From Dehalococcoidia bacterium UBA1162 (GTDB taxonomy: Bacteria > Chloroflexota > Dehalococcoidia > GIF9 > UBA5629), in contig DBZK01000037.1 in NCBI GenBank assembly GCA_002311135.1, forward strand, positions 73,852-137,851: DNA of 64,000 bases. The letters run 5' to 3'. The notes beneath the pieces were generated by a model. It was given only the letters and a program-made list of their open reading frames with translations. It ran no database searches and was not told the DNA's origin. The stretch's first letter is position 1. Each line of letters starts with the position of its first letter. Of the stretch, positions 1 to 10,200 are shown one piece after another. Made by a program: the position numbers and the translations under genes.

Positions 1-698
1 TTGCGGATATCCCAGTTTACGCCGCTTCCGCGAAGTACAGGTCCGCTGGCGCCGATATTGATGGCGGTCTCTTTGGGCAGGATACCCACGCCCTTGGTGC
101 GGGCCAGAAATATCTCATTCTGCTTGATAAGCTGCTCGTATTCGCCGATGAATTTAGGCATCTCGGCCACAAACTTCTTGAGCGCCGGCATGAACTCTTC
201 GGGTACATCCTGGCTCACGCCGCCGACACGCATATAGTTGAAGAGCAGGCGCTGTCCGCAGGTCATTTCGCACAGGTCGACGATCTTCTCGCGCTCGCGC
301 CACATGTAGATCAAAGGTGTAGCCAGCGCGCCACAGTCATTCAAAAAAGCGCCGATGGCCAGGAAATGGTTGGCCAACCGCATCAGTTCCGAGAATATTA
401 CCCTCAGGTACTCGGCACGCTCAGGGACTTTGATGCCCGCCAGTTTTTCCACGGACAGGCAGTAGGCCAGGTTGTTGGTCATGGAGGCGACGTAGTCCAG
501 CCTGTCGGTCAGGGGGATAACCTGTGTATAGGTGCGGGTCTCGGCCAACTTTTCGATGCCCCTGTGGAGATAGCCGATGATCGGCTCGACATTGACGATG
601 ACCTCACCGTCCAGCTCCACCCTCAAGCGGAACACGCCGTGGGTCGACGGATGCTGCGGGCCGAGATTCAGATAAAACGGCTCAGTCTTGATAGGCAT
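1..698 (-). CDS. nuoD: NADH-quinone oxidoreductase subunit D (3' part runs off the window)
   Basis: Not in the ORF track. Manual translation from ATG 698 gives MPIKTEPFYLNLGPQHPSTHGVFRL...GYLHRGIEKLAE...DRLDY, the NuoD signature; it follows nuoC. Confidence 0.95.
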   Translation of the reverse strand, partial: MPIKTEPFYLNLGPQHPSTHGVFRLRVELDGEVIVNVEPIIGYLHRGIEKLAETRTYTQVIPLTDRLDYVASMTNNLAYCLSVEKLAGIKVPERAEYLRVIFSELMRLANHFLAIGAFLNDCGALATPLIYMWREREKIVDLCEMTCGQRLLFNYMRVGGVSQDVPEEFMPALKKFVAEMPKFIGEYEQLIKQNEIFLARTKGVGILPKETAINIGASGPVLRGSGVNWDIR

Positions 699-699
699 C

Positions 700-1140
700 T
701 TATAGATAGTCCCTCCGCAGAGGATAGCCTTTAAACCCTTCCCATGTAAGCAGCCTTCTCAGGTCGGGATGGCCTTCGAACTTGATGCCGAACATGTCGA
801 ACATCTCCCTTTCCTGGAAATATGCCCCCCGCCAGAGTGAGACAATGGAGGGCACCGTGGGGTTCTCCCTATCGTAGCAGCGGGTTTTGAGTACCAGGCT
901 GTGGTTGTGCTCCATGGAAAGCAACCTGTAAACAAGCTCAAAATAGTCGATGTAGTCGACGGCGGTGGCGAAATTGAGGTAGTTGAAGTCCAGTCCCGGG
1001 GTGTTTTTCAGGAACTCGGCGACCTGCGCCAGCTTGGCGGCGTCCACCATCACGGACGTTTTGTCGCTGGAGATGACGGAGCCGGGAATAGCTTCCGCTA
1101 TCTTCTTTGCGAGGTCTTCACCGCTGGTTACGACTGTCAA
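700..1140 (-). CDS. nuoC: NADH-quinone oxidoreductase subunit C
   Basis: [22 protein letters not shown]...GYPLRRDY motif; operon context. Confidence 0.95.
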   Translation of the reverse strand: MTVVTSGEDLAKKIAEAIPGSVISSDKTSVMVDAAKLAQVAEFLKNTPGLDFNYLNFATAVDYIDYFELVYRLLSMEHNHSLVLKTRCYDRENPTVPSIVSLWRGAYFQEREMFDMFGIKFEGHPDLRRLLTWEGFKGYPLRRDYL

Positions 1141-1162
1141 CTTATAATATCCTGCTTCTTAT

Positions 1163-1768
1163 TTAGTGCTTGGATAACATGGGGTTATCCATGGTCCCCT
1201 TGATGATCTTGGCGTGCAGCCTGGTGATGCCGAAGATGACCGCCTCAGGCTTGGGGGGACAACCCGGTATATACACGTCCACCGGCATGATGCGGTTCAC
1301 TCCCGGTGTTACGCTGTAAGACTCGCGGAAGGTGCCGCCACTGATGGCACAGGCTCCCATGGCTACTACCCACTTGGGCTCGGCCATCTGGTCGTAGATC
1401 ATGCGGGTGGCCAGGGCCATCTTCCAGGTGATAGTGCCGGCGATGATCATGACATCAGCCTGCCTGGGAGAGAAACGTACCACGTCCATGCCGAAACGTG
1501 AGAGATCGAAGCGGGATACCGACATGGAGATCACTTCCATGCCGCAGCAGGCTGTGGCGAATAACATGGGGAATATGGAGCGCTGGCGTCCCCAAGCGAC
1601 GATGGTATCGGCTGTGGTTAAGAAGACGTTGCGATCGAGTACTTCATCGATCCACCTGTCGGGATCGGGTATGGCGCTGGTGCTTTCTGCGATGAGTTGG
1701 TTGATGGAGGCGCCCTCTACGGCGTCTGCTTCCTGGGGAGTATTTACCTCAGGCCTGACTATTTCCAC
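1163..1768 (-). CDS. nuoB: NADH-quinone oxidoreductase subunit B
   Basis: ATACCGME, SPRQAD, MGACAISGG and YIPGCPP (N2 cluster ligands). Confidence 0.96.
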   Translation of the reverse strand: MEIVRPEVNTPQEADAVEGASINQLIAESTSAIPDPDRWIDEVLDRNVFLTTADTIVAWGRQRSIFPMLFATACCGMEVISMSVSRFDLSRFGMDVVRFSPRQADVMIIAGTITWKMALATRMIYDQMAEPKWVVAMGACAISGGTFRESYSVTPGVNRIMPVDVYIPGCPPKPEAVIFGITRLHAKIIKGTMDNPMLSKH

Positions 1769-2130
1769 TGAAGGGCTCCCTTACGCCAGGCATAAATGTA
1801 TCCTACAGCCAGGATGACTAAAAATATACCCACCGCAACTAGCCCGCCGACACCTAAGTCTTTAATATTGACCGCCCAGGGATAAAGGAAGATGGTCAGC
1901 ATGTCCAGGAGGACGAAAAGGACCGCAAAATAATAGTAACGGAAATTGAACTGCACCCAGGTCTTGCCGATGGTCTGCATGCCGCACTCATACTGGACCA
2001 GCTTGGCAGCAGTTTTCTTGCCCGGTATCAGGCCCATTAGTTTGAAAAGCTTGGGCAAGAGGGGGATGAGTACGGTGAAACCTGTTGCAATCAGCAGGAA
2101 GATTCCGACATAACCAAACTGTTCGAGCAC
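1759..2130 (-). CDS. nuoA: NADH-quinone oxidoreductase subunit A
   Basis: YECG motif, three hydrophobic segments, WRKGALQW C-terminus. Confidence 0.95.
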   Translation of the reverse strand: MLEQFGYVGIFLLIATGFTVLIPLLPKLFKLMGLIPGKKTAAKLVQYECGMQTIGKTWVQFNFRYYYFAVLFVLLDMLTIFLYPWAVNIKDLGVGGLVAVGIFLVILAVGYIYAWRKGALQWK

Positions 2131-2164
2131 GTGTTAAATCTCTCCCTTTTCAAAGCTGTTGGTT

Positions 2165-2194
2165 AGTATATTACAACTCGCAAAACGATGTCAA
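2165..2194 (-). promoter_or_regulatory. Putative sigma70 promoter of the nuo operon
   Basis: Minus strand TTGACA-18 nt-TATACT upstream of nuoA. Confidence 0.55.
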
Positions 2195-2292
2195 AATCAA
2201 TTTTGCTAGCTTGACTTACGATTGATATTGAGTATTATAATTAGTGCTCGAATTATTATTTCATCGGGAAATGCGGTTCAACATCAGCCAAA

Positions 2293-2847
2293 ATGCGTAT
2301 TACAGGCGGCTCTGCTAAAGGGCAAATAATTAAGACACTGCCAGGCCTCCTGGTGAGGCCGACTACTGACAAAGTTAGGGAGGCAGTATTCTCCATGCTC
2401 GGCTCTCTGGCAAGCAACTGGGAGAGAGGCCTTGACCTGTTTGCAGGCAGCGGCGCCTTGGGCCTCGAGGCCCTCAGCCGTGACGTAAAATGGATCGATT
2501 TCGTCGACCAGAATAACAGGTGCTGCCAGATCATCAAGCAGAATTTGAAGAAAACGGGATTTATTGATCAATCTCATGTATACTGTTGCCCGGTTATGAA
2601 AGCGCTGGGTTTCCTGGAGAGCAAATACGACATGATATTTTTGGACCCGCCCTACGCCGATACTTCGCTGGGCAGTGTGATTACGGGCATATCGCAATCC
2701 AGCCTGATAAACGGGGACTCGATAATACTGGTATCCCACGCCGCGCGTTCCGCTCTTAGCGACCGCTACGACAGCCTGCTCAAGATCAAGGAAAAGCGCT
2801 ATGGCGACACCGGCATTTCAATATACCAGAAGGAGGTCGCAGCTTGA
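2293..2847 (+). CDS. rsmD: 16S rRNA m2G966 methyltransferase
   Basis: MRITGG, RPTTDKVRE, LDLFAGSGALGLEALSR, DPPY; precedes coaD. Confidence 0.95.
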   Translation: MRITGGSAKGQIIKTLPGLLVRPTTDKVREAVFSMLGSLASNWERGLDLFAGSGALGLEALSRDVKWIDFVDQNNRCCQIIKQNLKKTGFIDQSHVYCCPVMKALGFLESKYDMIFLDPPYADTSLGSVITGISQSSLINGDSIILVSHAARSALSDRYDSLLKIKEKRYGDTGISIYQKEVAA

Positions 2848-3323
2848 CTACCGCTTTATATCCCGGCAGCTTTGACCCTATCACCAACGGACACCTGGAT
2901 ATCATAAAAAGGGCATCATCCATATTCGACCATGTGGTGATCGGAGTTTACGACATACCGCTTAAATCGCTGCTCTTCACTATCGACGAGAGGGTGGACC
3001 TGGCCAGGAAAGCAGTGGTGGACTTTAAAAACGTTGAAGTCAGGGCTTACTCAGGCATGACGGTGGAGTTTGCCCGCCAGGTGAAAGCCAAGGTGCTGGT
3101 GCGCGGGCTGAGGGCCAGCTCAGATTTTGAGCGCGAGTTCGAGATGGCACTGATGAATAAAAAGCTGGCTCCCGACGTTGAACTGATGTGCTTCATGGCC
3201 AACTTGAGGTATCAATTCTTAAGCTCAAGCCTGCTTAAAGAAATAATCAAGCTGGGCGGCAACCTGGACGACATGGTGCCGGCTCACGTTTGCGTGGCCC
3301 TGAAAAAGAAGCTGTTAACTTAA
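2844..3323 (+). CDS. coaD: Phosphopantetheine adenylyltransferase
   Basis: YPGSFDPITNGHLDII, RGLR, SSSLLKE. Confidence 0.97.
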   Translation: MTTALYPGSFDPITNGHLDIIKRASSIFDHVVIGVYDIPLKSLLFTIDERVDLARKAVVDFKNVEVRAYSGMTVEFARQVKAKVLVRGLRASSDFEREFEMALMNKKLAPDVELMCFMANLRYQFLSSSLLKEIIKLGGNLDDMVPAHVCVALKKKLLT

Positions 3324-3387
3324 TTATATAAACAGGTTTTTACTTTATATAATATTCATAATATTAATTTCGGAGGTTTGAACAGAG

Positions 3388-3648
3388 ATGGCTTACAAAA
3401 TTACAGATGATTGTATCAGCTGCGGCGCCTGTGAGGCCGAATGCAAAAATGAAGCCATAAAAGAGGGCGAAACCATATACATGATCGACCCGGCCAAATG
3501 CACCGAGTGCGTCGGCTGGTTTGATAAACCTAAATGCGTTGAGGTTTGCCCGGTTGACTGCTGCGTACTCGATCCCGTACACAAGGAATCCAAGGACCAG
3601 CTCCTGGAGAAATGGAAGAAGCTGCATCCAGGCAAAACCCCTGCCTGA
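3388..3648 (+). CDS. 2[4Fe-4S] ferredoxin, YfhL-like
   Basis: [11 protein letters not shown] and CTECVG...[18 protein letters not shown]. Confidence 0.92.
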   Translation: MAYKITDDCISCGACEAECKNEAIKEGETIYMIDPAKCTECVGWFDKPKCVEVCPVDCCVLDPVHKESKDQLLEKWKKLHPGKTPA

Positions 3649-3683
3649 TTTCTTCAATAGTCCAGGCTAAGAGAACTTAATAG

Positions 3684-4400
3684 ATGCTGACCATTGACCA
3701 TGATCTTTTACAGATCACCGGTAGTGAATTCATTCTGGACGCGGGCTGCGGCAACGGGCGCCATATATGGCAGGCCTCCAAGGTCAATAAGGGGACCTCA
3801 GTTGCCTTCGACCTCGACATGGAGAGCCTGCAGAGGGCCAAATTCATGCTCGACCAGATGGATGAGAAGGCTGAGACAGCCGGCTCCTGGCACATGGTCT
3901 CCGGCAGCATCCTCAGCCTCCCCTTCGAGGATGCCCAATTCGATAAAGTCATATGCTCCGAAGTATTGGAGCATATACCCGATGATACGGCAGCCGTGGC
4001 TGAATTAACCCGCGTTTTGAAGCCGGGCGGCCTGCTGGCCGTGAGCGTGCCGTCCTATTTTGCCGAGTCCATCTGCTGGCGGATTTCGGACGATTACCAC
4101 AATACCCCGGGCGGCCACATACGGATCTATAAATACCAGGAAATACAGGACCTGCTGAAAAAATTCGACCTGACTATCTTTGCCGTCCGGTACAAGCATG
4201 CCCTGCATTCGGTCTGGTGGTGGTCCAAGGGCATCTTCGGACTTAAAAATGAGAAGGCCCTTATCCCATCCCTGTACTACAAATTCCTGGTGTGGGATAT
4301 TTACACGGGCCACAAGTATACAAAGTGGCTGGAAGCCGGTTTGAACCGCATCTTTCCCAAGAGCACAGTGCTCTACTGCCGCAAGCCCGAAGCCGCCTGA
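3684..4400 (+). CDS. Class I SAM methyltransferase; candidate MMP-type 3-O-methyltransferase (MeT3-like)
   Basis: LDAGCGNGRH, LPFEDAQFDKVICSEVLEHIPDD, YHNTPGGHIRIY; MLTID N-terminus. MeT3 likeness is recalled, not searched. Confidence 0.85.
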   Translation: MLTIDHDLLQITGSEFILDAGCGNGRHIWQASKVNKGTSVAFDLDMESLQRAKFMLDQMDEKAETAGSWHMVSGSILSLPFEDAQFDKVICSEVLEHIPDDTAAVAELTRVLKPGGLLAVSVPSYFAESICWRISDDYHNTPGGHIRIYKYQEIQDLLKKFDLTIFAVRYKHALHSVWWWSKGIFGLKNEKALIPSLYYKFLVWDIYTGHKYTKWLEAGLNRIFPKSTVLYCRKPEAA

Positions 4401-5201
4401 CTATTTGGCGCCCAGGCTTTTAGCCTTGTTGTAGGCGGCCGCCACCGCATTTATCATCAGAGACCGTAATCCACCGCTTTCAAGCTGCAGAAGCGCGTCG
4501 GTGGTTGTGCCGCCCGGCGAAGTGACCATATTCTTGAGCTCGGCCGGGTGTTTGGCCATCTTTTTCATAATCTCAGCCGACCCGAGGATAGTCTCGATAA
4601 CGAGCTTGGTGGCTACATTGCGGGGCAGGCCGATGTGCACTCCGGCATCGATCATGGCTTCGATAAATAAAAATACATAGGCCGGGCCGCTCCCGCTGAT
4701 GGCCGTCGCCATGTCGATATACTTCTCATCGGCAAAATATTGCTCTTCGCCCATGGCCGCTAAGATGGACACAGCAATCTCACGGTCTTTATTGCTGAGG
4801 TCCTTGGCGGAAGTCCAGGCAGTCATGCCTTTGCCGACCTGCGCGGGCGTGTTGGGCATCGCCCGTACAACCTTATAATAATTAAGCTTTGAACAGATGC
4901 CATCCAGGCTTATCCCGGCTGCGATTGAGATAACCAACTGGGACTTCAGGCGACCGGCCAGTTGACCGAGTAAAATGGGGAAGTCCTGGGGTTTGATGGC
5001 CAGTACGATCACATCTGCGCCTTTAACAGCGGCCAAGTTATCTTCAGTTACCTTCACTTTATACCTGGTACTGAGCACATCACGGCGGGACTTCGCTACA
5101 TCACTGATAACGATATCCTCCCGGCCGGCCAATTTTTTACGCAGTATGCTTTTAACGATGGCCTCGCCCATGGTGCCGCCGCCCAGTACAGCTATCTTCA
5201 T
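4401..5201 (-). CDS. proC: Pyrroline-5-carboxylate reductase
   Basis: GGGTMG, RAMPNTP, SGSGPAY, VTSPGGTT. Confidence 0.97.
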   Translation of the reverse strand: MKIAVLGGGTMGEAIVKSILRKKLAGREDIVISDVAKSRRDVLSTRYKVKVTEDNLAAVKGADVIVLAIKPQDFPILLGQLAGRLKSQLVISIAAGISLDGICSKLNYYKVVRAMPNTPAQVGKGMTAWTSAKDLSNKDREIAVSILAAMGEEQYFADEKYIDMATAISGSGPAYVFLFIEAMIDAGVHIGLPRNVATKLVIETILGSAEIMKKMAKHPAELKNMVTSPGGTTTDALLQLESGGLRSLMINAVAAAYNKAKSLGAK

Positions 5202-5204
5202 GCT

Positions 5205-5897
5205 CTAACTCCTTTCACCGAATATTGCCCTGCCGATGCGTATCATGGTAGCCCCCTCTTCGACAGCCACCTCGAAATCATCGGTCATGCCCATAGAAAG
5301 CTCTTTAAACCCGAACTGTTCATTCAAATCTCGCAGCTTGCGAAATATGGGCCGCACGTTTTCAGGATCATCCACTGCCGGAGCAATGGTCATAAGCCCT
5401 AAAACCTCAAGGTTCTGCAATTCCCTGATGGATTTGACGTTGGCATCGAGGTTTTCAACGGGAAAACCGTATTTAGTTTCCTCCTCCGCGATATTGACCT
5501 GAATCAAAACCGGCAACTTTTTTGCCGCATTCTCGTTCAACATGTTCGCCAGGCGCAGCGAGTCCACACTCTGTATTATGTCTACCGTTTTTACGGCCTC
5601 TTTAACCTTATTGGTCTGTAAATGCCCTATGAAATGCAATGTCAGTTGCGTCCGCATGTCGCCCAGTTCAGCATACTTGGACTGAGCTTCCTGCACCCTG
5701 TTTTCCCCGAAATGCTTGAGGCCGCACTGGAGCGCCATGCGCACGGCCTCCGCTGGGAAATTCTTGCTGACAGCTATAACCTTAACAGTTGATAAATACC
5801 TGCAGCCCCGCTCACAGGCAAGGGCCAGGCGCCGCTGCACTTTTTCAATATTGGCAGCTATACTCCGGCGCAGATCATCGGCTTCAGACTTGTCCAC
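5205..5897 (-). CDS. yggS: PLP homeostasis protein, YggS family
   Basis: [39 protein letters not shown]; adjacent to proC. Confidence 0.95.
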   Translation of the reverse strand: MDKSEADDLRRSIAANIEKVQRRLALACERGCRYLSTVKVIAVSKNFPAEAVRMALQCGLKHFGENRVQEAQSKYAELGDMRTQLTLHFIGHLQTNKVKEAVKTVDIIQSVDSLRLANMLNENAAKKLPVLIQVNIAEEETKYGFPVENLDANVKSIRELQNLEVLGLMTIAPAVDDPENVRPIFRKLRDLNEQFGFKELSMGMTDDFEVAVEEGATMIRIGRAIFGERS

Positions 5898-5911
5898 TTC
5901 GCAGCCACAGT

Positions 5912-7141
5912 CTATTCGTATATTTTTTCTTCGTCTGCGCCTGCTTCCTGCGCATCCTCCTCGACATTACGCACCTTCTCGGTCGGTTTCAGCGTTTCAC
6001 GGTAGTACTCATGCTGGATAATTAAATCCATTATTTCACTGGTGCCAGTCCATATAATGAGAAGCCTGGCATCGCGCAACATTTTCTCAATGGGGTACAC
6101 GTTGGTGTAGCCGATGCCGCCTACTACCTGCATGGCATTGTTGATTACCTCCCAGGCAGATTCGGTTCCGAATTTCTTGGCCTCTGACACGAGCCTTCTG
6201 GTATATCCTGTGCTTCCCAGCGAGTCGACTGCAGCAGCGGCGCCGTATACCAGCATCCTGGCTGCATCGAGCTTGGTTATGCTGTCGGCTACTTTGAAGC
6301 TTACTGCTTCGAACTCACGGATCTTGCGGCCGAAGGCCTTTCTCTTGTCTGTATATCTGGCGGCAACCTCGAGGGCCGCCCTGGCCATGCCGATAGCGCC
6401 CGCAGCGGAGGTCATGCGTTCCGGAATCATCATCTGGTTGAATACGTCGGCGCCCCTATTCAACCCCAGTACCAGATTTTCCTTCGGCACCTTGGTATCT
6501 TTGAAGACCAATCTGCCGGCGCCCCCACCCCGGGTGCCGAGCAAGCCGTAAATATATTTGGCTTCAACGCCCATGTCCCTTTCGACAATGAGTGCGCTGA
6601 TGTTCTTGCCTGCCGAGCCCTCGGTCCTGGCATAGACCAGGAATATATCGGCCCCTTCAGCTCCAACCACAAACCTTTTCTGGCCGTTCAAAATAAAATA
6701 ATCGCCCTTCTCCACAGCGGTGGTAGTAGCGCCGAAGAAATCTGAACCGCCCCTGGGCTCCGTCAAGGCTTCAGCACAGAATATCTTGCCCTTGAGCAAA
6801 GGCTCCAGATACTGGCGCTTTTGCTTGTCCGTGCCGAACACGTTGAGCGACTCGCCCACGATGCTGACTAAAGAGAACAGGCAGCCCAGGGACATGCCGA
6901 GCACGCCGATTTCCTCCAGCGCTATGGCTTCATCCACCCATTTCAATCCCCCTCCGCCGTATTCGGTGGAAAAACGCAGCCCTAGAAGTTTCTTCTTGGC
7001 GAGGCCGACAACATAGTCACGGGGGTACCGGACCTTATCGGCGTCCATATCCAGCAATAGCTGTTTGGGCACCGATTTTACATATTGCCTGACTTCGTCC
7101 CGCAGGGATCGTTGTTTATCCGTCATCAATGGTTCAAGCAT
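5912..7141 (-). CDS. Acyl-CoA dehydrogenase
   Basis: [34 protein letters not shown]. Confidence 0.92.
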   Translation of the reverse strand: MLEPLMTDKQRSLRDEVRQYVKSVPKQLLLDMDADKVRYPRDYVVGLAKKKLLGLRFSTEYGGGGLKWVDEAIALEEIGVLGMSLGCLFSLVSIVGESLNVFGTDKQKRQYLEPLLKGKIFCAEALTEPRGGSDFFGATTTAVEKGDYFILNGQKRFVVGAEGADIFLVYARTEGSAGKNISALIVERDMGVEAKYIYGLLGTRGGGAGRLVFKDTKVPKENLVLGLNRGADVFNQMMIPERMTSAAGAIGMARAALEVAARYTDKRKAFGRKIREFEAVSFKVADSITKLDAARMLVYGAAAAVDSLGSTGYTRRLVSEAKKFGTESAWEVINNAMQVVGGIGYTNVYPIEKMLRDARLLIIWTGTSEIMDLIIQHEYYRETLKPTEKVRNVEEDAQEAGADEEKIYE

Positions 7142-7197
7142 GTTTGCACCTCGCTCTCTTACTAGGCTTAATATCGCTTAAATAATACAATGCGGCG

Positions 7198-9648
7198 CTA
7201 TTTTAATACGATGTTTAGCAGCCTGCCGGGGACATAAATAATTTTGAGGATATCCTTACCGGATGTATAGGATTTGATGCGCTCCTGCTCAAAGGCTGTC
7301 TTTTTAGCTTCGTCTTCGGTAATTGATACGGGAACCGTCAGCTTATCCCGAACCTTGCCGTTTATCTGTACCACCAGGGTTACTTCCTCATCGGAAGCCA
7401 GTTCAGGGTCCCATCCCGGCCATTTCTGCTTATGTATGCTGTAGGGAAGCCCGAGATTGGCCCACAGCTCTTCCGTCATATGCGGCGCTGAGGGAGCAAT
7501 CAAAATAAGCAAATTTTTAATAGCCTCGTCCCAGGTCTCCTTGGAGACGGAGCCTGCCTCCAAAACCTTATTCAATAAGTTGGAGTATTCCATGAGCGCC
7601 GCCAGCATGGTATTGAAGCGGAAGCGTTCCATGTCCTCCGAAGTCTTCTTAATCGTCTTGTGCATAACACGTTTACACTCTTTTTCGCTTTCAGCGTCCA
7701 CGTTTTTCACGGCATAGCCCGATGAGGCCAGGTTCCATATCCTGCTCAGCCAGCGGCTCATGCCCACAATCCCGTTGTCGTTCCATTCACCACCCTGCTC
7801 CCAGGGACCCACGAACATCAGGTAAACACGTACGGCATCGGCGCCCATGTCGGATACATAATCGTCCGGCGTGACCACGTTACCTTTGGACTTGCTCATT
7901 TTCTCCCCCTGGAAGACTATGATGCCCTGGTTAAAAAGCCTGGTAAAAGGCTCGTCGAAATCGACCAGGCCGATATCGCGAATGGCCTTGATAAAGAAGC
8001 GTGCATATAGCAGGTGCATGGTGGCATGCTCTGCTCCGCCCGTATACAGATCGACGGGCATCCAGTATTTCAGCTTGCTTTTTTCGAAGGGGAATTTATC
8101 GTAGCCGGGGCTGGTGTACCTGAGAAAGTACCATGAGGAGCACATGAATGTGTCCATGGTATCTGTTTCCCTTTTGGCGGGGCCTCCGCATTGGGGGCAG
8201 GTGGTATTTACGAACGATTCGCAGTACTTAAGCGGCGATTCGCCGGTGGGCCTGAATTCCACATTGGGCGGCAGTAGAACCGGAAGGTCCTTTTCGGGTA
8301 CGGGTACGATGCCGCACTTGGGGCAATATATCATCGGGATGGGGGCGCCCCAGTATCTCTGACGTGATATCAGCCAGTCACGCAGACGGTAAGTGATGGT
8401 CTTTCCACCCCAACCTTTGATGGACAAGTAATCGCAGATCGCCGATTTCATCTTTTCGTTGTCCAGGCCGTCGAACTGCTTGGAAGAATTGACCATCTTT
8501 CCGCCTTCAATGTGGGCCGCTTCAAGGTCCTTGCCATCCCAATCATAAGGGGCCACAACGATCCTGATTGGGATGCCGTATTTCTTGGCAAAATCGAAGT
8601 CCCTCTGATCGTGCGCCGGCACGCCCATGACTGCTCCAGTGCCGTATTGCGGAAGCACATAATCTGCGATCCAGATGGGGACCTTTTCACTGTTAACGCG
8701 ATTGATCACATAGCTGCCCAGGAATACGCCCGTTTTCTCGGTCTCTGCCGCTGTCCTTTCGAACTCGGTCTGTCTCTGGGCATTGCGTATATACTCCTCG
8801 ACCTCGGCTTTTCTGTCCGGGGTGGTAAGGGCGGGTACCAGCGGATGCTCCGGCGCAAGCACAAAGAAGGTGACGCCGAACAGTGTGTCAGGCCGGGTGG
8901 TAAAAACCCTGATCTCCTTCTCATCAATGCCTGGATGTTCCAGGCCGAATGAGATATCGGCGCCGTGGCTCTTACCGATCCAGTTGGTTTGCATGATGCG
9001 GATGCGCTCAGGCCAATCCATGTTTTTGTATTCGAGCAACTCATCGGCATATTTTGTGATTCGGAAGAACCATTGCTCGAGCTGCTTTTTCTCTGCAATA
9101 CTGTCGCAGCGCCAGCAAACACCGTTCACTACCTGCTCATTGGCCAGCACCGTCTGGCATTTGGGGCACCAGTTGACCGCCGCCCTGCCCCGATAGGCCA
9201 GACCGGCCTCATAAAGCTTCAAGAAAAACCATTCGGTCCATTTATAGTATTCGGGCAGGCAGGTAATGACTTCACGGCTCCAATCATAAATAGCGCCGAT
9301 GGTCCGTAGCTGGCGGCGCATATTCTCAACATTTTTGATAGTCCAGTCGGCCGGATTTACCCCCGTGGCTATAGCCTTATTCTCAGCCGGCAATCCGAAA
9401 GCATCGAAACCCACAGGATGAAGAACGTTATATCCCTGCATACTCTTATATCTGGCGTACACATCCGAAGGCGCCATGGCATACCAGTGTCCTATATGCA
9501 GATCTCCAGAAGTGTAGGGAAACATGGTCAGGGCATAAAACTTCGGCCTCGGGTCATTCTCCTTGACTTCGTATAGATGGTCCGCCGCCCATTTATCCTG
9601 CCATTTCCTCTCTATTTCCTGTGGATTATATTTACTCGAAGCTTTCAT
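7198..9648 (-). CDS. leuS: Leucine-tRNA ligase (start placed at ATG 9648)
   Basis: MFPYTSGDLHIGH (HIGH), FTTRPDT editing domain, KMSKS; the ORF-track TTG 9687 lies inside the -35 element. Confidence 0.97.
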   Translation of the reverse strand: MKASSKYNPQEIERKWQDKWAADHLYEVKENDPRPKFYALTMFPYTSGDLHIGHWYAMAPSDVYARYKSMQGYNVLHPVGFDAFGLPAENKAIATGVNPADWTIKNVENMRRQLRTIGAIYDWSREVITCLPEYYKWTEWFFLKLYEAGLAYRGRAAVNWCPKCQTVLANEQVVNGVCWRCDSIAEKKQLEQWFFRITKYADELLEYKNMDWPERIRIMQTNWIGKSHGADISFGLEHPGIDEKEIRVFTTRPDTLFGVTFFVLAPEHPLVPALTTPDRKAEVEEYIRNAQRQTEFERTAAETEKTGVFLGSYVINRVNSEKVPIWIADYVLPQYGTGAVMGVPAHDQRDFDFAKKYGIPIRIVVAPYDWDGKDLEAAHIEGGKMVNSSKQFDGLDNEKMKSAICDYLSIKGWGGKTITYRLRDWLISRQRYWGAPIPMIYCPKCGIVPVPEKDLPVLLPPNVEFRPTGESPLKYCESFVNTTCPQCGGPAKRETDTMDTFMCSSWYFLRYTSPGYDKFPFEKSKLKYWMPVDLYTGGAEHATMHLLYARFFIKAIRDIGLVDFDEPFTRLFNQGIIVFQGEKMSKSKGNVVTPDDYVSDMGADAVRVYLMFVGPWEQGGEWNDNGIVGMSRWLSRIWNLASSGYAVKNVDAESEKECKRVMHKTIKKTSEDMERFRFNTMLAALMEYSNLLNKVLEAGSVSKETWDEAIKNLLILIAPSAPHMTEELWANLGLPYSIHKQKWPGWDPELASDEEVTLVVQINGKVRDKLTVPVSITEDEAKKTAFEQERIKSYTSGKDILKIIYVPGRLLNIVLK

Positions 9649-9658
9649 AATAGTGAAA

Positions 9659-9687
9659 ATTTTAACTTCAGAACCCTCTACCGTCAA
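9659..9687 (-). promoter_or_regulatory. sigma70 promoter of leuS
   Basis: Minus strand TTGACG-17 nt-TAAAAT, ending 10 nt before the ATG. Confidence 0.6.
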
Positions 9688-9772
9688 TATTCACTGGTGT
9701 AATAGAAGTGGAAATGTTATGCGAGCGAAAAATTGCTATCATGGTCTCGTAGGGCCCTTTTCGAGATAAGTC

Positions 9773-10150
9773 ATGCAGCGAGAGAAATTTGAGGAACTGG
9801 TCCTGGACGCCATATCCAACATGCCCGCGGAATTCAAAGAGCTGCTGGAAAATATCGATATAATCGTTGAAGACTGGCCTAGCAACACTCAGATTAAAAA
9901 GCTGGGATTGAAAAACAAATATGAACTTCTGGGTTTGTACGAAGGAATTCCGCGGACCAGAAGGGACCACAGCTACAACCTGGCGCTGCCGGATAAAATA
10001 ACGATATTCCAAAAACCTCTTGAGGCGGATTGCTCTTCAGAGCAGGACTTGAAAAAGGAGATCATCAGAACAGTGAAGCATGAGATCGCTCACTACTTCG
10101 GTCTGGACGATGACCGGCTGGAAGAAATCGAAAACGGCGGTGATACCTAA
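9773..10150 (+). CDS. Zincin-like minimal metallopeptidase
   Basis: LLGLYEGIP, PDKITIF, HEIAHYFG (HExxH). Confidence 0.88.
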   Translation: MQREKFEELVLDAISNMPAEFKELLENIDIIVEDWPSNTQIKKLGLKNKYELLGLYEGIPRTRRDHSYNLALPDKITIFQKPLEADCSSEQDLKKEIIRTVKHEIAHYFGLDDDRLEEIENGGDT

Positions 10151-10200
10151 TTACTATTGATTTACATTTAATTTTAGAGTAGAGTATTACAAAAGGTTAC

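Noticed and set aside
1..698. Possible group 4 NiFe-hydrogenase large subunit
   Set aside because: Has DRLDY instead of the RxCxxC nickel motif, so it is NuoD
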